This document shows, piece after piece, positions 18,165-26,539 of a stretch of DNA of 64,000 nucleotides (position 1 is the first letter of the stretch; the number at the start of each line of letters is the position of its first letter). The notes below the pieces were generated by a model. That model worked only from the letters and a program-made list of their open reading frames with translations, searched no databases and was not told the DNA's origin. The translations under genes and the position numbers were made by a program. The DNA is taken from sequence record NC_041975.1; one strand, given 5' to 3'.

Positions 18165-18947
18165 ATGGCTATGACGTTCGAAAAAGAAGGGGACACGTTG
18201 CACATTGTGCGACTGAGAACCAAAGGCTGGTACCACATGACGGTAACCAGCGATCCTGATGCGAGTATGGATATCGTTAACACGAACTTACGTCAGGGCA
18301 CTTTTACTGATCCACTTTTACAACACCAGTACGACATCTGTAAAAAAGAGATGGGGCAAGACCCCAATCCAAATGACATCGTTTTCCACCAGTTCGTGAC
18401 CACACCAGACCAGACCGGGTATCAGTCTGGCCACTGGATGATTCGTGATCACATTCGCCACGGCTATTCACTGAAGTGTTTGACTAACATCGGTGACTGG
18501 CTTTCGACCGCAGCCTATCTTTATATCCCAGACCCTGATGATAAAGAGGGTGGTGAGAGAAAATACAAAGTAACTGACTTAGGTAAGTATCTCGACAAGG
18601 AAGAGTTGTTGGGTCACTCCGACCACCTGCCGATGTATTTCTTGCCTGATGAGGAACCGGGTGACAGCTATGATGAGTTGATTGAAACCCATCGTCTTCC
18701 GCAACCTGACAAAGGTTACTCTTGTGTGGCCATCAAGAACGGTATGTCGTTTAGTTTGCTGACGTACAACAACTCCAAGCGGGTGCTTTCAGAAGAGGAA
18801 GAACTGCAAACCACAACCGTCCCAGTCAGGGCAGATGGTTTGCTGTACAGCTCCGTCTTAGAGTTGGCTATGGCTAAGAACGCCCCAGTCTGGTTTGTCT
18901 TGGAGATGCTAACCTCCGAAACCGACCCAAACTGGCATTTCGTCTAA
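18165..18947 (+). CDS. paralog of 13900..14616 with C-terminal HTH-like domain
   Basis: TNIGDWL and VTDLGKYL; C-terminus VRADGLLYSSVLELAMAKN...W. Confidence 0.75.
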   Translation: MAMTFEKEGDTLHIVRLRTKGWYHMTVTSDPDASMDIVNTNLRQGTFTDPLLQHQYDICKKEMGQDPNPNDIVFHQFVTTPDQTGYQSGHWMIRDHIRHGYSLKCLTNIGDWLSTAAYLYIPDPDDKEGGERKYKVTDLGKYLDKEELLGHSDHLPMYFLPDEEPGDSYDELIETHRLPQPDKGYSCVAIKNGMSFSLLTYNNSKRVLSEEEELQTTTVPVRADGLLYSSVLELAMAKNAPVWFVLEMLTSETDPNWHFV

Positions 18948-19035
18948 CCGAGATTGGCTGTGGGGAATCCTATGCAATTGCAAAGTGTAGAGAGAACCAC
19001 GGCCAATCGTAAGCTGTATCATAAGGAGAGAGATT

Positions 19036-20616
19036 GTGAGTGAAGCTAACCAGAACATCGTAGAAAGCTACGACGACCTGCCGAAGAACGCGCAGAAAGG
19101 TGATCGCTATACCGTGCGTGAAGACGCGATCGTTTATGAACTCCAGGAAGATGGTTCTTGGAAAGACGTAGACATCAACGAACAGGTTGATCAGGAAAAC
19201 GAAGAGCAGGCGCAGACCGAAGATGGTCAGCAGTCTGACACCGGCGCAACTGACCAGCCAGCCTCTGATGAAGAGAGCGATGCTGATTCGTCTGAAACGA
19301 CAGCTACCGATGAAGAAGACCAGGTAGATGACAACGGCGATGACAAGCAGACTCCGGCTGAAGAGAAGCAGGAAGAAGCAGCGCAGGCGGTTGATGAAAC
19401 CCAGCCACGTGATGACCCTTACGTACGAGGAGCGAACAGCGATGCCAATCCGGCACAACCTGAAGATGCGAATCAAACGCAAGATCAGACTGACGAAGCA
19501 GGACAAACTCCTGATTCTTCTGACGATACCAACGCGCAGCAGGAAAGCACTGATGGCGTTGCGACGCAGGATGCGAAAGAGCAGGCTAACATCCCGGAAG
19601 GGGTAGATCCTGAAGAAGCGCAACCTGACAACCAGCCACTGGCAGTAGCACCGGTTGAGCAACCCCCTGTTCAGCACGAAGCGGTCGCAGTTGATCCTAA
19701 CGCTGACCAGCCATCACCTGAAGCGCGTCCAGACAGCAAGATCGAAGAAGCGGCTGAACTGAACGCACAGAAAGAAGATGCGGCTCGTGATGAGATCGCT
19801 GAAGCCGGTGCTGATGCACAAGCTGCGACCTCTGCTGAACAGACTGACGCAGGCAAAGCCAAAGAAGACGCACAGGCTGAAGGCCAGTTGCCGAACGATG
19901 GTGCCGCTGATGATGTCGCCGCCGGTAAACCACGTAATGACCAGACCTACACCGAAGATCAGAAAGCGGCGAACACGCCAGCGCCTGAAATCGTGCAGGC
20001 TCAGGAAAACCATACGTCCGAGCCCGACCCGGTAGTCAGCCAGGAAGAGACCCATGTGCAGAACGCCACGGACCCTGACCAGCCGACTATTATCCCGCAG
20101 GAAGCGAAGTCTGAATCACTGGCGCATCAAGCTGCTGATCCAACGCAGGAAACTGTGTTTGTTAAGCAGGATGAAAACCTGGACCCGGAAGTGCGCGTGC
20201 TGCAACAGCGCATTGAAGAGTACATCGGCAACATGGGTGTGAACGGCAAGCACGATCGCCGTGACGGTCCGAAGTATCAGGCTCGCCTGTACAAAGACCT
20301 GCACTCCATCATGGCGCTGGAGCCAGTGAAGTTCAAGCAAGTGATGGACTACCTGCTGAACCGTGTGTATGAAGAACGTGCCGGTGCTTTCTCCGACACC
20401 TATACACGCCGTTACTTCGACCAGCTGTCACCGATGCACATGCAGACCGATCGCGTGCGTGAGTTTGACAACATCCTGTCGCTGGTAACCACTGTGGGTC
20501 ATTCCAAAAACCGCAGTCGTGCCCTGCAGCAGGTTGATCTGCAACGCGCCCTGAAGAACATTCAGGATGCCGGTAAGCAGCAGCGTATGGCAGCGTACTT
20601 TGATGCTCTGCGTTAA
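19036..20616 (+). CDS. acidic, largely disordered protein with folded C-terminal domain
   Basis: GGAGAG RBS and GTG start. About 330 aa rich in D/E/Q/A/P, followed by a helical C-terminal domain. Confidence 0.85.
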   Translation: MSEANQNIVESYDDLPKNAQKGDRYTVREDAIVYELQEDGSWKDVDINEQVDQENEEQAQTEDGQQSDTGATDQPASDEESDADSSETTATDEEDQVDDNGDDKQTPAEEKQEEAAQAVDETQPRDDPYVRGANSDANPAQPEDANQTQDQTDEAGQTPDSSDDTNAQQESTDGVATQDAKEQANIPEGVDPEEAQPDNQPLAVAPVEQPPVQHEAVAVDPNADQPSPEARPDSKIEEAAELNAQKEDAARDEIAEAGADAQAATSAEQTDAGKAKEDAQAEGQLPNDGAADDVAAGKPRNDQTYTEDQKAANTPAPEIVQAQENHTSEPDPVVSQEETHVQNATDPDQPTIIPQEAKSESLAHQAADPTQETVFVKQDENLDPEVRVLQQRIEEYIGNMGVNGKHDRRDGPKYQARLYKDLHSIMALEPVKFKQVMDYLLNRVYEERAGAFSDTYTRRYFDQLSPMHMQTDRVREFDNILSLVTTVGHSKNRSRALQQVDLQRALKNIQDAGKQQRMAAYFDALR

Positions 20617-20629
20617 TTGATCATTTGAT

Positions 20630-20680
20630 CAGCATAAGGAGAGGCCTCGCGCCTCTCCTGTTTATGCCGTCTTTTTTTTT
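20630..20680. terminator. mirrored hairpin element at a convergent junction
   Basis: CAGCATA-AGGAGAGGC-CTCGC-GCCTCTCCT-G-TTTATGCCG, then a T-tract. Confidence 0.8.
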
Positions 20681-21182
20681 ACACTAAAATACCGTTAAAA
20701 GCCACCGGGTCATTACCCAGGAACGGGTTGTACCGAACCACAGACCCTAATGTGTAATCGTAGTAGATAAAGTCCAAGCATTGTGCGCCCTGGTAGGTAG
20801 TCCATGACTTTGATAGATAACCATTGCGGTCTAACGCAACGTAAGCTGGACGGCTCGCCAACGGAGTAAACTTCATCAACACTTGTGGTTGGTTGTTGAG
20901 GTTGTTTGTAAATACAGGCAAGGAAGGATGCGCATGCCTTGCAATGGAACACAACCAAGAGTCGTAGGTAAACCACTCTTTATACGACGTACCGTACATG
21001 TTGTTGGATGTGTTCAATGTAGTATTAACATATTTACCGGCAGTAGCAGACATGCTGGTACTTGCGTTCGCTACCTTCGTATATTTGGCTGTATTGGCCG
21101 CAAGCCACGCCTCGAATTGCGCATAGGACATCTTGGTGCCTATCTGCGGCTGTGACTTACTACCCATTAACATCTCTAACAT
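20679..21182 (-). CDS. putative virion/tail-associated protein, tandem paralog A
   Basis: Starts MLEMLM and is strongly similar to 21195..21704. Confidence 0.75.
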   Translation of the reverse strand: MLEMLMGSKSQPQIGTKMSYAQFEAWLAANTAKYTKVANASTSMSATAGKYVNTTLNTSNNMYGTSYKEWFTYDSWLCSIARHAHPSLPVFTNNLNNQPQVLMKFTPLASRPAYVALDRNGYLSKSWTTYQGAQCLDFIYYDYTLGSVVRYNPFLGNDPVAFNGILV

Positions 21183-21194
21183 GATAACTCCTGA

Positions 21195-21704
21195 TTAGAT
21201 CAACACCCCGTTAAACGGTACCGGTGTGCCGCCATTTAACGGAGTCCACCGCATCACAACACCCTGGGTATTGTCGTAGTAAATAAAGTCAAGCACAGTA
21301 CGACCGTTAAATGATCCGTAAGACAAGCTGGTGTAACCGTTACGATTGAGGCCTGAATAGGCACTTTTGGTAACATAAGGTCCAAGCTTCATTAAACAAA
21401 ACTGTTTATTCGCCAACATGTAATCAAACATCGTTTGTGCCGGACACGCATGTCGTGCGATCCTTGCCCAAGTTGAATCGTGAGTACAGGAGTTTAAATA
21501 GGGAGTGCCCCACATGTTACCGCCATCAGCCGTCATGGAGATCCTGGCATAGCCGTTCGTAAACGTGGTGGACGAAGGGGTGCCTGTATTCGACGCTGCA
21601 CTGACCGCACTGTACTTAGTGGTATTGGTATTTAACCAGGTAACAAAATCCGCATAGCTCATCTTCACAGTTTTCTTGCCAGCGTACATTAATAACTCGA
21701 GCAT
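21195..21704 (-). CDS. putative virion/tail-associated protein, tandem paralog B
   Basis: Starts MLELLM and shares IARHA, RNGY and LDFIYYD with paralog A. Confidence 0.75.
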   Translation of the reverse strand: MLELLMYAGKKTVKMSYADFVTWLNTNTTKYSAVSAASNTGTPSSTTFTNGYARISMTADGGNMWGTPYLNSCTHDSTWARIARHACPAQTMFDYMLANKQFCLMKLGPYVTKSAYSGLNRNGYTSLSYGSFNGRTVLDFIYYDNTQGVVMRWTPLNGGTPVPFNGVLI

Positions 21705-21775
21705 AACTCCACCTCAAAATAAAATCCCGTTAGCAAGGGTTCTGGTTCTCTAATACATGACTTATAGGATTTAGC

Positions 21776-21805
21776 CGGCATAACGGAGCAGGCAACGCCC
21801 ACTCC
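21776..21805 (-). terminator. hairpin-TTATGCCG element (minus strand)
   Basis: The minus strand reads GGAGTGGGC-GTT-GCCTGCTCC-G-TTATGCCG. The stem closes fully only on this strand, using G-U pairs. Confidence 0.7.
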
Positions 21806-21845
21806 TGAATCCTGGTGTGAATAACGGTTGGTCGATTGGGGTGTT

Positions 21846-22823
21846 TTAACCCGCTGTAGTTTGATCTGGGTAACCTCGACCTGTCCCCCAGACAATACGA
21901 ACAATACCATCAGCACCACTACCTAACAAACTGGTGCCGTCACTCTTGTACTGACTTGCCCCGCCACCTCCTGCACCCCCGCCTGGAATCGCGGTTGGCA
22001 TCCCCGCTCCTGATCCCGGCATATCCTTGATACGTCCTGTGGGTTTAATTCCCCCGCCGCCTCGACCGGTATAGATCTTAGTGGTACCTTGGGTTGTCAG
22101 GGTGACATTTCCACCATAACCCGCTCCTGTATCCGCAGGGTTAGTGGGGGTTGCACCATAAGCACAACCCGCACCACCGTCACCCATGTAGCCACCCGCA
22201 CCACCACCCCCGACTGCACGTGTCGTTAATGACCCGGCACCACCCTTTCCACCTGTACCACCCCCAACAATAGGTTTGGTAGCAGGGTTCTGGATAGGGT
22301 TGTTCGCGATCCCGGCTAACACACCGCCGACAACATTTAATAACCCACCGACCAAACCCCCTACTAACCCCCCTACTATATCCACCAATACCAGATCCAG
22401 GAGATTACCGGAAAGTCCATTCGATTGCGGCATGACGGTAACTGCCGTGTTACCGGATGCATCCTCCCCACCACCCACTGCTTTTAACAGATAGGTGCCA
22501 TTACGCACTATCCCCGAGAAAGACCCTTTATTCGCTGCGAAGGCGGTTTTAACGGGCGTTGGTGTACCAACCCCACCTTGCCCTACCACAACCGTCATCT
22601 TCTCACCAGGGGTCACAGGGATCGCATTACGGTAACGTAACGTTCCGCCATTCCCGCCGGTATGCACAAGGGTGGTACTACTGGCTGATTGCCCGCCCCC
22701 TACTGCGACGGCACTCATACTTGTTGCCCCTTCTGGCACAATCAGTTCATACACCCCCGCCTTTGTGAAGAGCGTTTCTAGGGGTAACTTAATGTGTGTC
22801 TTGTTTAACAATAACCCAATCAT
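21846..22823 (-). CDS. glycine-rich phage tail-type protein
   Basis: SAVAVGGGQS, VTPGEKMTVVVGQGG, GGGGAGGYMG and GADGIVRIVWG form the Gly-rich tail-protein pattern. Confidence 0.8.
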   Translation of the reverse strand: MIGLLLNKTHIKLPLETLFTKAGVYELIVPEGATSMSAVAVGGGQSASSTTLVHTGGNGGTLRYRNAIPVTPGEKMTVVVGQGGVGTPTPVKTAFAANKGSFSGIVRNGTYLLKAVGGGEDASGNTAVTVMPQSNGLSGNLLDLVLVDIVGGLVGGLVGGLLNVVGGVLAGIANNPIQNPATKPIVGGGTGGKGGAGSLTTRAVGGGGAGGYMGDGGAGCAYGATPTNPADTGAGYGGNVTLTTQGTTKIYTGRGGGGIKPTGRIKDMPGSGAGMPTAIPGGGAGGGGASQYKSDGTSLLGSGADGIVRIVWGTGRGYPDQTTAG

Positions 22824-22880
22824 GCATCATCCTTCTAGAATGAGTACCTTGACGACCTACTCGCGTCATAGCATTCCAGC

Positions 22881-22924
22881 CGGCATAAGGGAGTGGATAC
22901 CCTGACCGTAGCCAAGGCATCCAC
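22881..22924 (-). terminator. hairpin-TTATGCCG element after the DNA polymerase gene
   Basis: The minus strand reads GTGGATGCCTTGG-CTACGG-TCAGGGTATCCAC-TCCC-TTATGCCG, a 13-bp stem with G-U pairs. Confidence 0.75.
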
Positions 22925-22932
22925 GTGGTGCG

Positions 22933-24654
22933 TCAAGCCGCAGCCATGAAATCGATCTCGATATGTTTTTCTACCATGAAGTCTTTCAGTAACGTAATGG
23001 TCTCAGGTGCTTTGTACAACTTACGTGCAAGTTCACCGGCATTGTTCATACCACCGGCTGCCAGGTTAACTGCTACCTGACGATACTCCGTATCATCCAA
23101 TCCTTCGATCTGGGTCATCTCAATCCAGGTGGTTTGTTTCCCCACATTCATGATGACCGTACCGGTCGGATATGCCCCTTCTACGTCGATGTCGTTCGTA
23201 CCTGTACGGACATAGGACTTGACGTTCGGCAGTTCTTTAAACATCGCTTTGCCGTTTAAGGCAACCAGCTCTGTTGGGAGCATAACGATCCAACCACCCA
23301 ATCCCTGAATGTGATCATCCAGTTCGGTACGCATCTGATCCGATGTAGTACCCCAGATATACCCTTCTTTCATTACATCGTAATGCATCGCCTCAGCGAT
23401 ACGTGTCGGCTGCGATATAAAGTTACGGTAGTCTGACGCCCCGCAGAACGTTGGAACCGCTACAGAGAGATCTGAGGTCTTCTCGTCCATCATTTCAACC
23501 ACGATGCAGTCGAAGATGTTATACATCACATATTCGTACTTGTAGTTGCTCTGCATGAACTCATGCCAGTCCGCCCCGTGGTACCCTTCAGCTTCACTGA
23601 ACTTCATCTTGGTCACGCCGAGTACTTTCTCAGCGATATTATCCAGTTTGTAGTTCAGCTCTTTACCGTTCATGGTACGCAGGTAGTAATAGGCTGACAT
23701 CGATTCAGCCCAACGGAACGACGCAGGGGCATTGACGTAAGGCCACTTCTCATAGTTAGCTAATGATGTCTTGGTGACTTCTTTGCCATCATTTTTTACT
23801 TTGTGGGTTTTGCCCTCGTAGTAATAAACGTTACGGTACTCTTGTGGTACCGAGGGATCGCAAATAACGTCAGCAGGGTTGATGCCGGCATTAGTTAATG
23901 TTTGGGTAAGGACCTTGTAGTCGAACTCGAGTACGTTCCAACCAGTGATAAAATCAGGCATCCACTCATGTGCGCGTTCAAACAGTTTGACAAAGCCATC
24001 TGCAGCACTGTCAACCAACACGAACTCCGGATTGGTGATGCTGCGTTTGGTTGCCCACTCGCCCAGGTATTTATCCCAGGCCAGTTTCAGCTTCTGATGA
24101 ATACGTTCATCCGCTTCCCCGCCAAAGTAGCGACGGATCACAAAGGTAAAGGTGCGTTCTTTAAAGGTTAAGGACGCCATGATCGGCTCACCCTTATACC
24201 GCTCGTCTACCATTTCGGTTTCGATATCGAACACGCTGATTTTGTACGGAGTAAAGGTATCAGGAAACTTCGCTTCATACATCGCTTTGACGATCGAGGA
24301 GGGTTCAATGTCAGCACCATACACGTACGGACTGCGACACACCCGACGCAACTGCTGATCGGTGGCACCTTTTCCCAACATCTTTGAGATGTGGTTAGGA
24401 AGATCCCACTGCGGGCAACTGAACTTCTGCAGCTTGGACAGCTCTTCGTAATCTTTCTTATCCTGGTGATTGCGGTACGCTGGTTTGGTGAGGTAGTAAT
24501 CACGCTTCATGTCTTTAATGATGCGGGTGTGGGGTTTGCTGTTCCCGTTCTCGTCAATCACATTCTCTTTCACGAAGATGATGTCTGATTTGCCGCGCAG
24601 AGAAAGGGTATAGATCGCGTGCTTGCATTCGAAACGAAGGTTATTGCTGCTCAT
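22933..24654 (-). CDS. split family-B DNA polymerase, 3'-5' exonuclease/motif A subunit (phiKZ gp82-like)
   Basis: ExoI FDIETE, ExoII TGWNVLEFDY, ExoIII YNIFDC and motif A-like DIDVEGAYPT are present. Motifs B and C are absent. Confidence 0.88.
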   Translation of the reverse strand: MSSNNLRFECKHAIYTLSLRGKSDIIFVKENVIDENGNSKPHTRIIKDMKRDYYLTKPAYRNHQDKKDYEELSKLQKFSCPQWDLPNHISKMLGKGATDQQLRRVCRSPYVYGADIEPSSIVKAMYEAKFPDTFTPYKISVFDIETEMVDERYKGEPIMASLTFKERTFTFVIRRYFGGEADERIHQKLKLAWDKYLGEWATKRSITNPEFVLVDSAADGFVKLFERAHEWMPDFITGWNVLEFDYKVLTQTLTNAGINPADVICDPSVPQEYRNVYYYEGKTHKVKNDGKEVTKTSLANYEKWPYVNAPASFRWAESMSAYYYLRTMNGKELNYKLDNIAEKVLGVTKMKFSEAEGYHGADWHEFMQSNYKYEYVMYNIFDCIVVEMMDEKTSDLSVAVPTFCGASDYRNFISQPTRIAEAMHYDVMKEGYIWGTTSDQMRTELDDHIQGLGGWIVMLPTELVALNGKAMFKELPNVKSYVRTGTNDIDVEGAYPTGTVIMNVGKQTTWIEMTQIEGLDDTEYRQVAVNLAAGGMNNAGELARKLYKAPETITLLKDFMVEKHIEIDFMAAA

Positions 24655-24754
24655 GATGAATGATAATCCTATGTCAAAACACTACAAAGTGCACCAGTGT
24701 TTAATACGCGTTATAACATCAGGCGTGCAACTACATTTATACAAAGGAGATCAC

Positions 24755-26017
24755 ATGATCCTATCTAGCGGTCTGGAAGCGATTAGCTTTCAAAAGAATC
24801 CGCTCTTTTACAAACAGCTGGTTGTCGAATTCGGCCGTCTGATGGAACTTGCTAAAGCCAACGGTAAGAAGCGCCTGACCGAAGAGATGATGACGCAGTC
24901 TAACCTGGCGAAGATCACCATGGCGAACACCGGCATCAAAGTCTCGCCTGGGGTGGATACCCGCATGCAGTGTAATGCGTACGTTATGATCCCAAGCATC
25001 AACTCCTATCACGTCTTCAATGATCGCATGCGTCAGATCTTCTCAGGGTATGCCGAATCGTTTGAGCAGTTTCGTAAAGCCAATGATGTGTTGATTGGGT
25101 TGGTTGATCTGCAGAACTCCAAAGTGGGCGGGGTCTTCTCGACTATTGATCACCGCATCTGTCTGTCGTACGATATGATGACCGACTATGACATGACTCC
25201 GGGTGAAGTCGCCGCCATCTACATGCATGAAGTCGGCCATGCTTTTACCTTCCTGGAGATGCTGCATTATACCGCTACCACTAACCTGGTACTGACGGCC
25301 GGCATTGAAGCGATCATCAAATCAGAAACTTCTCGTAAGCATGTCATCTTAAGTGATATCGAAAACTCCTTAGGGATTAAGATTGATAATAAAGATGAAC
25401 TGGTCGCTTACGACAAGTATGAAGATTATGCTGTCACGATCCTGTCGAAGTACAACCGCACCTTAGCAACAGCCCTGGGTTCACCGGCGCACGATGAATC
25501 GATGTCTGAGCAGATGGCGGATATGTTTGCCACCCGACATGGCGCGGGATTGGATCTGGCGCGGGGATTGTCCCGTATTCACAAATATTACAATTCACCG
25601 AAGTTTAAGTTTGCCCGCTATCTGGAGATCTTTGTCGGCATCCTGCAGACCATGGGCTTGTCCCTGGTGTTCGATGTGCTGGGAGTAATCGTTGTCCTGA
25701 CTGTCGGTAACTTCTTTGGTGGGACGTATGACCGGGCGAAAGACCGTTTCATCCGCATGCGTAATGAGATCGTGGTCGGCCTGAAAGATGAAGAGATCAG
25801 TGCAGCTGACCGCAAACTCTTGATCAGTCATATCGCCGAGCTGGACAAGATCATTGCCCAGGCCAAAAACGAAAGCTCCTTTGTCGAGCAGTTGTCCCTG
25901 GTGGTGCGCGCCAGCCAGCGTGAGCGTTATGCCAGCAAGTACCTGCAAAAGGATCTTGAAGCCCTTCTTAATAATCCGCTCTATGTCAGTGCGGCCAAAC
26001 TGAAAACATTGCAATAA
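24755..26017 (+). CDS. virion head protein with zincin HExxH motif
   Basis: AAGGAG RBS before ATG 24755. Contains SSGLE, YMHEVGH, EQMADMFA..HG...LARGL and a hydrophobic segment. Confidence 0.8.
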   Translation: MILSSGLEAISFQKNPLFYKQLVVEFGRLMELAKANGKKRLTEEMMTQSNLAKITMANTGIKVSPGVDTRMQCNAYVMIPSINSYHVFNDRMRQIFSGYAESFEQFRKANDVLIGLVDLQNSKVGGVFSTIDHRICLSYDMMTDYDMTPGEVAAIYMHEVGHAFTFLEMLHYTATTNLVLTAGIEAIIKSETSRKHVILSDIENSLGIKIDNKDELVAYDKYEDYAVTILSKYNRTLATALGSPAHDESMSEQMADMFATRHGAGLDLARGLSRIHKYYNSPKFKFARYLEIFVGILQTMGLSLVFDVLGVIVVLTVGNFFGGTYDRAKDRFIRMRNEIVVGLKDEEISAADRKLLISHIAELDKIIAQAKNESSFVEQLSLVVRASQRERYASKYLQKDLEALLNNPLYVSAAKLKTLQ

Positions 26018-26030
26018 GGATTCATCAGAA

Positions 26031-26537
26031 ATGATTATTGACGTAGCAGAATTAAAGAAACAGATCGTGTCGGTGCGTTCTATTGCAGAGATCCCAACTA
26101 CCCTGCGTACTAAACTGATTGAAACCGGTCTGGCCCGTGCGGTAGCGTATGGTGTTGATCTGCCAAAAGAGCTGGTCGGCAACCCGGTCTCCTATTTCGC
26201 CAGCAACGCCACTGATGCTAAGCAGGCACTGGCGGTGATCAACGAAACCAACGTGATCAACATCTCCCGTATCCTGTCACTCGCCACCATCATCTGGCAG
26301 GCACGCTACAACATGGTTTATCTGCCAGCCACTCGCGAGTCCATGGAGTTGACTCATCAGGTATTGTCCGATCAACGCGAATGGTTGTTCGATGCAGAGC
26401 AGCAGGATTTCCTGTCGGCGACCATTGGCGACGGTACGGTGCAAGACAGCCTAAAGCTGGCTCTGTTAACCTTCACCTGCCCGGCTGTGATCAACCCTAA
26501 CCAGGTAGCACCAGTCACCACCGCTGACGAGGAGTAA
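26031..26537 (+). CDS. putative head protein
   Basis: 168 aa with an AAGGA RBS, inside the head-protein block. Confidence 0.65.
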   Translation: MIIDVAELKKQIVSVRSIAEIPTTLRTKLIETGLARAVAYGVDLPKELVGNPVSYFASNATDAKQALAVINETNVINISRILSLATIIWQARYNMVYLPATRESMELTHQVLSDQREWLFDAEQQDFLSATIGDGTVQDSLKLALLTFTCPAVINPNQVAPVTTADEE

Positions 26538-26539
26538 TC

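Noticed and set aside
2593-18428. TGYQS peptide shared by the 2357 and 18165 proteins
   Set aside because: Only five residues, different codons and no flanking similarity; probably chance.
18970-20055. Hydrophobic minus-strand ORFs (235 and 113 aa) that look like membrane proteins
   Set aside because: They are antisense to the GAA/GAT/CAG-rich acidic gene, which generates Phe/Leu/Ile artificially.
24623-24754. Track start at 24623 overlapping the divergent polymerase start
   Set aside because: The AAGGAG RBS and SGLE leader support ATG 24755.
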